64,000 nt of DNA from Planctomycetota bacterium (lineage in GTDB: Bacteria; Planctomycetota; SZUA-567; H5-PLA8). Below, in pieces: positions 1-9,016 of the stretch. The notes under the pieces were generated by a model, which saw only the letters and a program-made list of their open reading frames with translations, had not been told where the DNA came from and searched no databases. The stretch's first letter is position 1, and every line of letters begins with the position of its first letter. The DNA lies in assembly GCA_038227875.1 (NCBI GenBank), contig JBBRPR010000043.1:11877-75876 (forward strand), given 5' to 3'. Made by a program: the position numbers and the translations under genes.

Positions 1-13
1 GTTTCAACCGTGC

Positions 14-973
14 ATGGATAGTTTTCTCGGCTCGCTATCCGGCGTGCTGAAAGTGCTCGGCGACGAGAAGGGCATGGACGACCTGTGGGGTCTCTCCGCG
101 CGCGGACTGACCACACAGATCCACCGCACGCTCGAACCCGTCGGCCTGCTCGGCGGACAATGGGACAAGTCGCTGGCGAAAATCGTGCGGCGGCTCGGCC
201 ACGATTGCATCGCCGGTCTGCGCGATCACTTCTATACTGACAAGGATCTCCGCGAACTCCAGTTCGTCTGGATGCGCAACGTCGAGAAGGCGCTCCAGGA
301 TGGCCGTCCGGCGATCTGCTTCGGTCTGCACGGCCCCGCGTTTGGCATCATCAACGGCCTCGATCCCGACACCGAAGAATTTCATGTCAGTACCGTCATG
401 GACGGACGCAACGACGCGCCGATCAACGTTCAAGATATTGGCTCCAAGAATCCGCCGCTGATCTTCGTCCTGATTCCGACCGGCCCACTGGGCGGCTACG
501 ATCCGGACGTCGCGGCGCGTGAGTCGCTGAAAGAAGCGCTCGACCAGCACCTCGGCCAGGATCGCGACGAGGCCGGGAAGCTCAAGCCCGTGCCGCCGGA
601 CATGGTCGTCGGCATGGCCGCTTACAATGCGTGGTCGACGGCCGTGGAGCTCGGGCAGATCCAGCCGTTCTGGGGTTTGGCGTACTACGCGGGATATTAT
701 GCCGAGGCGCGTTCGGCGGGCGCGTTCTGGTTGAGAACGCTCGCGGAGACGCCGAGTTTTGAGGCGACGCAGAAGCCGCTCCACGCGGCGGCAGAGCATC
801 TCGAAAACGAAGCGGAAGGACTGGCGCGGATTCCGCAGCTTTTTCCCATGAATCAGCCGCAGTCTCTTCAGGAGCAGCCACGTCGTACGGAAGCCTCGGC
901 CTGCTTGCGTCTTGCGCGGGCGGAGCACATTGCGGCGATGGAAGTCCTGATCGAGGCAAAGCTCAACGAGTAA
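14..973 (+). CDS. Hypothetical protein, possibly papain-like/BtrH-N-type fold; may be 5'-truncated by the window edge
   Basis: 319-aa ORF with typical codon usage; frame is open back to position 2 (FQPC-M). The 'ALQDGRPAICFG...FGIINGLD' segment resembles C39/BtrH-like folds (weak). Confidence 0.6.
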   Translation: MDSFLGSLSGVLKVLGDEKGMDDLWGLSARGLTTQIHRTLEPVGLLGGQWDKSLAKIVRRLGHDCIAGLRDHFYTDKDLRELQFVWMRNVEKALQDGRPAICFGLHGPAFGIINGLDPDTEEFHVSTVMDGRNDAPINVQDIGSKNPPLIFVLIPTGPLGGYDPDVAARESLKEALDQHLGQDRDEAGKLKPVPPDMVVGMAAYNAWSTAVELGQIQPFWGLAYYAGYYAEARSAGAFWLRTLAETPSFEATQKPLHAAAEHLENEAEGLARIPQLFPMNQPQSLQEQPRRTEASACLRLARAEHIAAMEVLIEAKLNE

Positions 974-1105
974 CCATTTTCGTTGTCCTTGCGCACTGAT
1001 GAGCGGTTAGGAGTAGAGTAGCTCTTGGCTCTGTCGGTTAGGCCTATAGCTAATGACTCACCGACGGGACTCCCAAGAGCCAAGAGCCAGAAGATTGGAA
1101 CAGTC

Positions 1106-2194
1106 ATGAAGAACAGTTGGGCATATTGGATCGGTGGCGTGATTGTGCTGGCGGGTGTACTGGCGGGGTTGTTGCGTCATGTGCCGCAGTCGAATACCGG
1201 TCCGGGCGCGCGCAATCTGGGAATCGCGCCGACGACGAAGGTGCCGGACATCAAAGCGGTCAATAATGTCCCCGTCGTCACCGGATTCAAAGGCGATGTG
1301 GAAGACGGCGGCATCCTTCAGAACGACGGCACCAAAATTCCCTTCGTGATTGGCGACACGCTGAAGCTCGAAGCCGACACCTTGAACGCGATGGAGTACC
1401 GTTGGGTGGTCGACGGCCAGGTGATCAAGGATAAGGATCAGGAGTGGAGCAACAAGCCGGACCGCGAGTGGGACGTCACGAGCGGCGGCGACCATGTGTT
1501 CACCGTCCAGGTCCGCGGCTCGGATCCGACGCAGATGTCGCAGGTCCGCGAGAAAACGGTGAAGACCGAGAAGCTCTTCATCACGTCCTTCGAAGCCAAC
1601 ATCACCGAGGAAGAAGACCGGGCGCTGGTGGGCTCCGATTACACCGTCGAGGTGTCGATGGCCGATCCGCTGACGGCTGACGCGGACTTCTACCGCTACC
1701 GCTATTCGATCAACGAGGAAGTCATCAAGCACCCGGAAGACGGTGAAGAGTGGACGACAGAATCGTCGCTGACCTACACCTTCCCGTCGGCAGGAAAGTA
1801 CTCCTTTAAGGTGGAGGTTCGGCGCGCAACGGAGAAAAATACGGAAGCCACGGCGACTCTGGCCCAGACCATCGAAGTGGCCGACGCAGTACTGTTGAAA
1901 TTTGACGCCTACCCGGACAACACTGCAGCACTGGGTACCACAGTGAATTTGGATTCCTTCCCGACCAGCAGCTTCGGAAAGTCGGAGGTGCGATTTGGGG
2001 TGCGTCGAATTGACGCGGCGGACTTCGATTGGATCCCCGAACAGGACGGCACAGTGTGGGGTGACTCCGAAAGGGACTGGCATCCGACCGAACCCGGTAC
2101 ATATATAGTTCGCGCGGAGATCCGCGAGCCCGGAAAGCCCGATTGCGACGATCACAGAGAGCTAAAATATACCATAACTGAAGGCGGATTCTGA
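1106..2194 (+). CDS. Membrane-anchored protein with three Ig/PKD-like beta-sandwich repeats
   Basis: ATG at 1106 followed by a TM helix (WAYWIGGVIVLAGVLAGLL). Three repeats with YRW/YRY..W..G.(H/Y).F.V.VR patterns. Confidence 0.75.
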   Translation: MKNSWAYWIGGVIVLAGVLAGLLRHVPQSNTGPGARNLGIAPTTKVPDIKAVNNVPVVTGFKGDVEDGGILQNDGTKIPFVIGDTLKLEADTLNAMEYRWVVDGQVIKDKDQEWSNKPDREWDVTSGGDHVFTVQVRGSDPTQMSQVREKTVKTEKLFITSFEANITEEEDRALVGSDYTVEVSMADPLTADADFYRYRYSINEEVIKHPEDGEEWTTESSLTYTFPSAGKYSFKVEVRRATEKNTEATATLAQTIEVADAVLLKFDAYPDNTAALGTTVNLDSFPTSSFGKSEVRFGVRRIDAADFDWIPEQDGTVWGDSERDWHPTEPGTYIVRAEIREPGKPDCDDHRELKYTITEGGF

Positions 2195-2496
2195 CTTTCA
2201 GTAATTTATGATAAAGTATCACCTCCAGTAACCGATACCCTCTAAAGTTCCACAAACTTCGGTGAAAGAAGCGTGGGTTTTGCCGCGCCTTTCGCATGGC
2301 CTTTCATTTTTAAGAATGAAATAGGCTTGACGTTGGTTGCAAGGTGCCTAGAGTGGCGACGTTATTCCATTATAGCTCTCGCAGCCAATTTCAATCTTCT
2401 TCCGCTCATTCAGGGAAGAGCTGGGTTTACCTGACCGTGTCCAGGTGGGCCTTTAAAGTACAAGTGACACACTTTGCTGGTGGGGGAATTTGACGT

Positions 2497-4230
2497 ATGC
2501 AAAAACAATACGGATTCGCACGCGTAGCGTGCATTGCTCTGGTTCTGGCGCTCGCTGGATTTTCATATGCGATTGCGACAGCCGGACGAAGCACCGAAGT
2601 AGCCACGGTGGCTGCGCGCACGGTGTCTTCCAACCTGAATTTCTCCAATCCGTTTGTCGATCCAACTTTGAAGTCGACGCTCGACCGCGACCTGGGTGAT
2701 GCCGTCATCGGCAGCGCCGTGGTCCGCCGCGTCACCGCGACCGGCGGCGTGCGTCCGTACTCATTTACCTCGACGTCGGTGAGCACCAACTCGTCGCTGG
2801 GCCTCGACAGCAGTGGTCTCTTCCACACCCTGCCCGTCACCCCAGCCTCGGGCACGCAGTTGACCACCTACGGTCCGCTGACGGGCACACCAGGCAACTT
2901 CCGCTTCAACGTTACGGTCGCCGATAACTCGGGCACCAACGTTCCCAAGACCGAACCGTACCGCCTGTCGATTTTCTCCAATTCGACAACGGCGTTCCGC
3001 TTCGCCATCACCAGCCTGAGCAACGCCACGCAATTCAACGAGTACGCTGACTACATTTCCACGATCAACGGTCATGGACCGCTGAGCTACACGGTGTCGA
3101 ACGTGACGGCAGGTGGCACTTCCGCTGCCAGTCTCGAATCCCTCGGCCTGACCATCGGCAAGGACGGCCAGATCTTCGGCATCCCGCTGAAGGCTGGCGC
3201 GATCACTTTCACGGTGGTGGCCAAGGACAGCACCGGCGCGACGGCTTCACCCCGCACGGGTGTGGGTTCCAGCCAGACATTCACGATCAACGTCGCCGGC
3301 AACTCGGTGATTCAGGACGTCATTGTGGTCACCTCACTGACCTGCAGCGGCGATAGCGCCGTCGGCGGCAAGGACAAGATCTCCATCAGCGGCGTCTACA
3401 ATCCGCTGCTCTTCAGCTCGATCGGCACGACGATCACGCTGCGCCTCAATGGCTATGTGATCACCGGCACGATCGGATCGCGGGGCAAGATCTCCAACCT
3501 GAGCCTGCAGGACTTCGCGGCCCGGGCCAAGGTTCCGACACTCAAGGGAACGGTTAACGGCAAGGGTCAGTTCAAGCTGCAGGTTTCGAACGAAAGCTTC
3601 GGGCGCAGTGGACTGCTCGGTACGATCGTTTCGAACGTCAATGCCATGGTTGAAGTGCAGATCGGCACCAAGGTCGACGGCTTCAACGCCGTCTCGCTCA
3701 ACAACAAGGGCCGCGGCACGAAGTTTGGACTGGGCTTCAAGCTGGGCCAGGCCAATAAGAAGTCGGGCCCGCTCAATGCCTCCCTCGGCGGTGCGTTTAT
3801 CCTGACCTCCGTGGCCGGCAAGGACGACACGAAGGGCGCCACCGGCGACTCCTTCAAGGTCGGTATTATCGCGGTTCCGCCCAGCGGCATCACCTTCGCT
3901 GGCGCAACCAAGGCGACGGTATCGGTGGGAACATCCTTCACTGATAGCCCGTCGGTCACGTCCAGCAAGGGTATCGTCAAGACGGGCCGCATCGACGCCA
4001 AGCAGGCCAACAAGGTCACGCGCCTGTCGCTCTCCGAAAAGGGCAAGGGTAGCTATCAGACCAGCTTCCTGGCCTCCTCGCAGACGGGCATCAAGCTCTC
4101 GTCGGCCGGTACTTCGACTGGCGTCCCGTACGCGACGGGAATCACGATCAACAGCACCACGCCGTTTGGCGGCGTCGGCTCCCTGTTGATCTTCCCGAAG
4201 GGTAAGGGTTACACCAGCGCTCAGAAGTAA
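2497..4230 (+). CDS. Secreted Ser/Thr/Gly-rich protein with putative Ig (He_PIG-like) domains
   Basis: Signal peptide; TATGGVRPYSF and GLTIGKDGQIFGIPLKAGAITFTVVAKDS are putative-Ig motifs; strong codon bias. Confidence 0.8.
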   Translation: MQKQYGFARVACIALVLALAGFSYAIATAGRSTEVATVAARTVSSNLNFSNPFVDPTLKSTLDRDLGDAVIGSAVVRRVTATGGVRPYSFTSTSVSTNSSLGLDSSGLFHTLPVTPASGTQLTTYGPLTGTPGNFRFNVTVADNSGTNVPKTEPYRLSIFSNSTTAFRFAITSLSNATQFNEYADYISTINGHGPLSYTVSNVTAGGTSAASLESLGLTIGKDGQIFGIPLKAGAITFTVVAKDSTGATASPRTGVGSSQTFTINVAGNSVIQDVIVVTSLTCSGDSAVGGKDKISISGVYNPLLFSSIGTTITLRLNGYVITGTIGSRGKISNLSLQDFAARAKVPTLKGTVNGKGQFKLQVSNESFGRSGLLGTIVSNVNAMVEVQIGTKVDGFNAVSLNNKGRGTKFGLGFKLGQANKKSGPLNASLGGAFILTSVAGKDDTKGATGDSFKVGIIAVPPSGITFAGATKATVSVGTSFTDSPSVTSSKGIVKTGRIDAKQANKVTRLSLSEKGKGSYQTSFLASSQTGIKLSSAGTSTGVPYATGITINSTTPFGGVGSLLIFPKGKGYTSAQK

Positions 4231-4250
4231 GGAAATTTAGTGTCACGAGA

Positions 4251-4283
4251 AAGCCCCGGCGCAACTTGCCGGGGCTTTTTTTT
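4251..4283 (+). terminator. Rho-independent terminator
   Basis: AAGCCCCGGC-gcaactt-GCCGGGGCTT followed by a T-run, just after the stop at 4230. Confidence 0.9.
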
Positions 4284-4526
4284 GGTGATGACGAATTCAG
4301 CTCGTGCAGTATGCTTACGCTATTCACATCTTGTAAAAGACCGCTTTTCCGTGTAAACGAAAAGGCGTTAATCTTCACAAGTGCTTGGGAAATGGCCAGC
4401 TTAAATAGCGCGTGTCACCCCACGCACTTCAGGTGTCGAAACCAGCAGAAGGGAAACCTACGCTGGATATTCAACACTGAGTTCTGTGTGCGTTCGGTAG
4501 TTTGAATCGCTGCGAAAGGAGTTCGT

Positions 4527-6416
4527 GTGTTACTCGCTAAGAGCCAGACCGTTCGGCGTGCTGTGATCCTGGGGCTGATCCTCGCCGTCGCCGGTTTCTG
4601 TTATGCCACCGGTACGAGTTACGCCACGGCCAGCCGTTCGACCGACGTGCCTGAAGCCGGGCCGCGGCTCGTGGGCAGCTCCAACCTGCGCTTCATGAAT
4701 CCGCGTCTGCCCACCGGTGAATTCGATCTCGGTGACGCCACCTACGGATCGATGATCCAGCGTTACGTCACCGCCGCCGGCGGCGTGCGGCCGTACAAGT
4801 ACGTCTCCCCCGATTTGTTGAGCAAGCTGGCCAACAATTCCAGCCTGTTCCTCGGGAACTCCGGTTACCTGTTTGGCTCCATCACCTCTAATACCCGTCC
4901 GCCGTTGGTCTTTTCCGTTACCCTGACGGACAGCACCGGTTCCCAGACTCGAAATCAGTCCGTGAACGGTACGTTCCGCATCGGCATTCAGCTCGGTGGT
5001 GCGCAGAGCTTCCGCTTCGCGGTCGACAACATCAACAACGGCCAGAAGGGCCTCAGCTACGCCGGAGCACTCGACACACTCGGCGGAGTGGGTACCGTGA
5101 CCTACTCGGTGATCCCCAACACCCTGACCGTCAACGGCACGCCGCGCGGCACCAATGGCGCGCTGGAGACCCTCGGCCTCTCGCTCTCCGCCGACGGCAC
5201 GATCAGCGGCAAGCCGCTGGAATCCGGACTCGTCAGCTTCAAGGCACACGCCACGGATACGCTGAAGCGCACCGCCAACGACCGCACCAACACGGTGCCC
5301 GACCAGGTTGTTGCGTTCAATATTGAAGACAACGCCATCGCCTCGACCGATTACACGACGCTCAACTGCACCGTCCGCGGCGACCTGGGCGCCACCAACA
5401 AGGACACGATCAAGTTCAACGGCCTGATCAACATGACCGGCAACGCCATCAACTCGCTGCGCTTCACGACGTTCCAGTTCCGCCTGGGCGCCTACAACGT
5501 CACCGGCCGGGTGGACATCAGCGGCAACGTGGTGAACATCAAGCAGAACACGCTCAAGCTTCCCGACGGCAGCCAGTTCAAGGCGAAGATCGACGCTCAC
5601 AAGGGCACGCTCTCCGGTTCCTTGAGCAAAGCCACCGTCGCCAAGCTGCTCAACGGCGCCAGCATCACCGACCGCAGCACGTCGCGCCTGGGCATGCAGT
5701 TCGTGCTCTCCAACAACGTCGTTTGCGCCGATACGCTGGAATTCGCTTCGCGCCGCAAGGGCAACAAGATCGCGCTGGATTACAACATGAGCCGGACGGG
5801 CAGACCGCTGGGCGGCACCTTCCAGATCCTCACTGTTGTCGGCAAGGACGGCACCACGATCAGCGGCACCCGCGGTGACGCCTGGAACGCCAAGTTCCTG
5901 ATGATTCCGCGCTTCGGCATCGACACCAATCCCGGTCTCGACTCGCTTTCGTCGATCACCGTCCGCATCGGCCAGAACTTCGTCCAGAAGATTCCTGCCA
6001 ACGCATTCACCAGCAACAAGAGCGGGAGCATCAGCCTGCTGAAGCCGGCGACCAAGGGCGAACAGGTCGCCAAGTTCAAGCTCGATGGCCGCAAGTTCGT
6101 CGGCGAAGTCCAGACGTTCGTGCTCGGCTCGACGCGCACCTTCATCTCGCCGGCCGTAGACGTGGTCAATCCGGCCTCGCCTGCCGGCAATGGCGCCATC
6201 CCGATCAGCAGCTTTGTGACTACCGGCTTCGATCTGGGAATCGACCTGGCCCGCACCGGCAACAACGCCAGCCTCACCGGCGAATACGGCAAGCTGGTCA
6301 TCGGCGTGCCCAACCAGAAGGCCTGGGTCGACAACATCGGCAAGGCCAGCCGCGGCTTCCAGATTCCCGCCGCGCCACAGCCCGTTCCGAACAACAACTT
6401 CCGCTTGGATAAGTAA
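4527..6416 (+). CDS. Secreted putative-Ig-domain protein, paralogue of 2497..4230
   Basis: GTG start with AAGGAG RBS; shares RST.V...SSNL.F.NP, DLGDA, T..GGVRPY, FRFA and LE.LGL motifs with the upstream gene. Confidence 0.8.
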   Translation: MLLAKSQTVRRAVILGLILAVAGFCYATGTSYATASRSTDVPEAGPRLVGSSNLRFMNPRLPTGEFDLGDATYGSMIQRYVTAAGGVRPYKYVSPDLLSKLANNSSLFLGNSGYLFGSITSNTRPPLVFSVTLTDSTGSQTRNQSVNGTFRIGIQLGGAQSFRFAVDNINNGQKGLSYAGALDTLGGVGTVTYSVIPNTLTVNGTPRGTNGALETLGLSLSADGTISGKPLESGLVSFKAHATDTLKRTANDRTNTVPDQVVAFNIEDNAIASTDYTTLNCTVRGDLGATNKDTIKFNGLINMTGNAINSLRFTTFQFRLGAYNVTGRVDISGNVVNIKQNTLKLPDGSQFKAKIDAHKGTLSGSLSKATVAKLLNGASITDRSTSRLGMQFVLSNNVVCADTLEFASRRKGNKIALDYNMSRTGRPLGGTFQILTVVGKDGTTISGTRGDAWNAKFLMIPRFGIDTNPGLDSLSSITVRIGQNFVQKIPANAFTSNKSGSISLLKPATKGEQVAKFKLDGRKFVGEVQTFVLGSTRTFISPAVDVVNPASPAGNGAIPISSFVTTGFDLGIDLARTGNNASLTGEYGKLVIGVPNQKAWVDNIGKASRGFQIPAAPQPVPNNNFRLDK

Positions 6417-6437
6417 GTAAGGAAGTAATCCTGAAAC

Positions 6438-6469
6438 AAAAACTCCCCGCGCAAGCGGGGAGTTTTTTT
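6438..6469. terminator. Bidirectional Rho-independent terminator
   Basis: AAAAACTCCCCGC-gcaa-GCGGGGAGTTTTTTT between convergent genes. Confidence 0.9.
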
Positions 6470-6504
6470 GTTCCTTAGTCCTCAGTCTTCTCAGTCCTCG
6501 CCGT

Positions 6505-7974
6505 TCAAGCCTTATTCCACCCCTTCACGATATTCTCCGTGGTGAGCTGTGCGTAGAGCTCCTCGATCTGCTCGCGGGAATTGGAGACCCGAATGTCGCG
6601 CTCCAGGCTGGTCTTCCGGTTGGGGGAGAAGTCAGTGAAGTGGACCACGAAGCCGGGATAGTTGCTGCCTTCGCCTTCCTTGTTCGTCTTCCACATCACG
6701 AATTTGCGAACCATTGTCTGGCCCTTCAGCACTTTGGTGTAGACCTCGCGCTTCAGGACTTCACTCTTGGGCAGTGAAAGCTTGCGCGCATCGGCTTCCA
6801 GCATGCGCACTTCGACCAGGTCGGAGACCTGCTTGATGCGCAGGTCCGCGGGCTTGACCTGCTTGTCTTCGCGCCGGCGCACGAACTGCGGCGAGATCAC
6901 GCTGACCAGCGGCAGGCGGCGGATCACGTTGTACTTCTTCGCCTTGCTGTCGTAATCGAGGACCATGCGGTCGATCGAACTGCCGCGCGTGGTCTGCGAA
7001 ATCAGATCCAGGCAGCTCATTTCAATCACCCATTCGGGGCGGACCATTTCATACGCGACGTGATCGGGATTGACTTCGGCGTACTCGCTTTCGACCACGG
7101 TGTCCTTCAGGTCTGAATAAAACGAGCGGCGGTCTTCGTCGGAAAAGCCACCGCCGACGCGCGCGAAGAGATGAAACGTCCCGTCGTCGCGCATCAGCGC
7201 CACGAGCATGTCGTGGAGCATGCCTTTGCGTTCGTCGGTCGATTCAGTAAACCCCACGACCACGGCGTCCATGTTGTGCCGCGGTTTGATCTTGAACATG
7301 CCGGCCGTGTCGCTGCGCGCGACCAGGCCTTCGTCGCCGCCGGTCTCGACCCACTGTTCGAATTTCTTCTCGATCTCCGCCGTGGACTTGGCGAAAATCG
7401 CTTCGACCGGCGTCACACGCTCGCCGCCGTCGAAGATCTTCCGGATGCGCTTCCAGGTCTCGGGAAACGCGGAGACGACCGGCTTGTCGTCGGTCTCGAG
7501 CAGATCGAAGACCGCGAAGCGCAGGCTGCCCAGGTCCTCCTTGCTCTCCGGCTGGCGCGCGACGCGGCTGACGTCGTGAACGCGCGCGCGTTTGCCGTCA
7601 CTGCGCTGCACGTACATTTCACCCGCGACCAGCGCCGCTTTAACGCCGGCCTTGTTGAGCAGTTCCGCCGCTTCGTTGATGAACGGCAGACCGACGCGGA
7701 CGGTGCCGCCGGGGTTAACGGTGATCGCCTGCTTGCCGTCGTAGACCAGCACCGTGAACTCGCCGTCGACCTTGCGGCTGACGTGGTACTCGCCTTCCGG
7801 CAACTTCTTTTTGATGTCGTCCTTGCCCAGTGCCATCATGCGCGAGCCGGAGAGGCGGCGGTATTCCTGAGCGCGGCGGTGGGAGGTTGGATCGGAAAGC
7901 TCCAGCGCGCTGCCGACAGCGTAGTCGCCGAACTTCGTCTCCAGGCGGCTCTTATTGATGTTCAACGTTACCAT
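6505..7974 (-). CDS. ATP-dependent DNA ligase (adenylation + OB domains) with WGR-like C-terminal extension
   Basis: Motif I SRKVDGEF, III LVAGEM, IIIa FAVFDLL, IV DEGLVAR, V FKIKP, OB domain DAVVVG...VGGGFS, VI PQFVRRREDK. Confidence 0.85.
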   Translation of the reverse strand: MVTLNINKSRLETKFGDYAVGSALELSDPTSHRRAQEYRRLSGSRMMALGKDDIKKKLPEGEYHVSRKVDGEFTVLVYDGKQAITVNPGGTVRVGLPFINEAAELLNKAGVKAALVAGEMYVQRSDGKRARVHDVSRVARQPESKEDLGSLRFAVFDLLETDDKPVVSAFPETWKRIRKIFDGGERVTPVEAIFAKSTAEIEKKFEQWVETGGDEGLVARSDTAGMFKIKPRHNMDAVVVGFTESTDERKGMLHDMLVALMRDDGTFHLFARVGGGFSDEDRRSFYSDLKDTVVESEYAEVNPDHVAYEMVRPEWVIEMSCLDLISQTTRGSSIDRMVLDYDSKAKKYNVIRRLPLVSVISPQFVRRREDKQVKPADLRIKQVSDLVEVRMLEADARKLSLPKSEVLKREVYTKVLKGQTMVRKFVMWKTNKEGEGSNYPGFVVHFTDFSPNRKTSLERDIRVSNSREQIEELYAQLTTENIVKGWNKA

Positions 7975-8019
7975 GAGAACCTCAGGGGCCAGGGTAAGGG
8001 GTCAGAGTGGGAAGTGTGC

Positions 8020-8964
8020 TCAGCTCTTCTTGCGTCCTTTTTTCGGCGCGGGCTTTTTCTCTTCGGACTTTTCGGGCTCCGCCGGAGTTTCTTCGACGAC
8101 CTCGGCCTTTACTTTTTTCAATTTCTTCGCCGGAACATCCGCGGGCTTCTCCGCTGCTTTTTCAGCTTTTACCGGCAGCGCGGGAGCCGCAGGTTCCGGC
8201 GGCTTTTCAGCCACGGGCGCGGCCGGTGCAGCGAGCGGAGCGGGTGGGGCCGGCGGTGCGGCGATCGGCTCCGGCGCCTTCAATTCCATGTTGGAGAGAT
8301 GCAGGATCAGGCAGTACTTTTCGCCCTGCGTGCGCCCTTCCAGAAAGCCGCGGTACGACGTGCCGCCGCGCTGAAAGACCAGCGGCAGATTCGATTTCGG
8401 CCCCGCGCCCATCAACATCAGGCTCTGCTTCTCTTCCAGATCCTTGGCCATCGCGAAAAGGAAGTCGAAGGTCAGGCCGTTGACGTGAACAATCTGCAGC
8501 TTCGTCGCGAAGACGAATTTGTTGAAGACTTCACTCTTCTTCATCAGCTTGCCCGACCACTTCAGCGGCGTTTCCGTGGCGGTGTTCGGCGGCAGCACTT
8601 TGCGCGGTCGGCGTTCTTTCTCGGTGCCGTCGGGATTGCGGACGATCTCCCACTCCTGAACCTTGTGGACGATCTTCTTGTCGGCGTCGATGTACACCCG
8701 CGACGTGTCGCTCAGGAAACGGCCGTAGCTTTCGAAGTCGATTTCCGGATCGCCCTTGAGCAGCAGCTCCGACACTTTCTCGAGCGCACCGGCCTGCTTG
8801 ATCAGCTCATCGCAATCGCGATCGATGGTGCAACGCAGGATGCGGAAGTTCGACGCCTGCCGCCCCTTCTCATCCAGCCACCGCACGCGCAGCGGCGTGC
8901 GCACCGTCTCCGTATTGACGATGGCATCGCGATTGTTGCTGTTGGCGAGATTGATCGAGCCCAT
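8020..8964 (-). CDS. Hypothetical protein, candidate divergent Ku-like subunit with Pro/Ala/Lys-rich basic tail
   Basis: AGGAG RBS; 314 aa; shares motifs with 9017..9634; ends PAPKKGRKKS. The Ku assignment is by-eye inference. Confidence 0.7.
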   Translation of the reverse strand: MGSINLANSNNRDAIVNTETVRTPLRVRWLDEKGRQASNFRILRCTIDRDCDELIKQAGALEKVSELLLKGDPEIDFESYGRFLSDTSRVYIDADKKIVHKVQEWEIVRNPDGTEKERRPRKVLPPNTATETPLKWSGKLMKKSEVFNKFVFATKLQIVHVNGLTFDFLFAMAKDLEEKQSLMLMGAGPKSNLPLVFQRGGTSYRGFLEGRTQGEKYCLILHLSNMELKAPEPIAAPPAPPAPLAAPAAPVAEKPPEPAAPALPVKAEKAAEKPADVPAKKLKKVKAEVVEETPAEPEKSEEKKPAPKKGRKKS

Positions 8965-9016
8965 TTTAACTCCTGGGGACTGAGTCCGGGGTCTTGGGAC
9001 CGGGGAACAACCGCAC

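Noticed and set aside
6505..7974. Calling the ligase LigD or an RNA ligase/capping enzyme
   Set aside because: There is no primase-polymerase or phosphoesterase domain, and the OB domain with RxDK motif VI fits a DNA ligase.
6470..9005. Short degenerate heptamer-like runs in the ligase operon spacers (6470-6500, 7985-8010, 8975-9003)
   Set aside because: Too short and degenerate; similar runs occur in other spacers (16340-16365, 61030-61055), so they are not specific to this operon.
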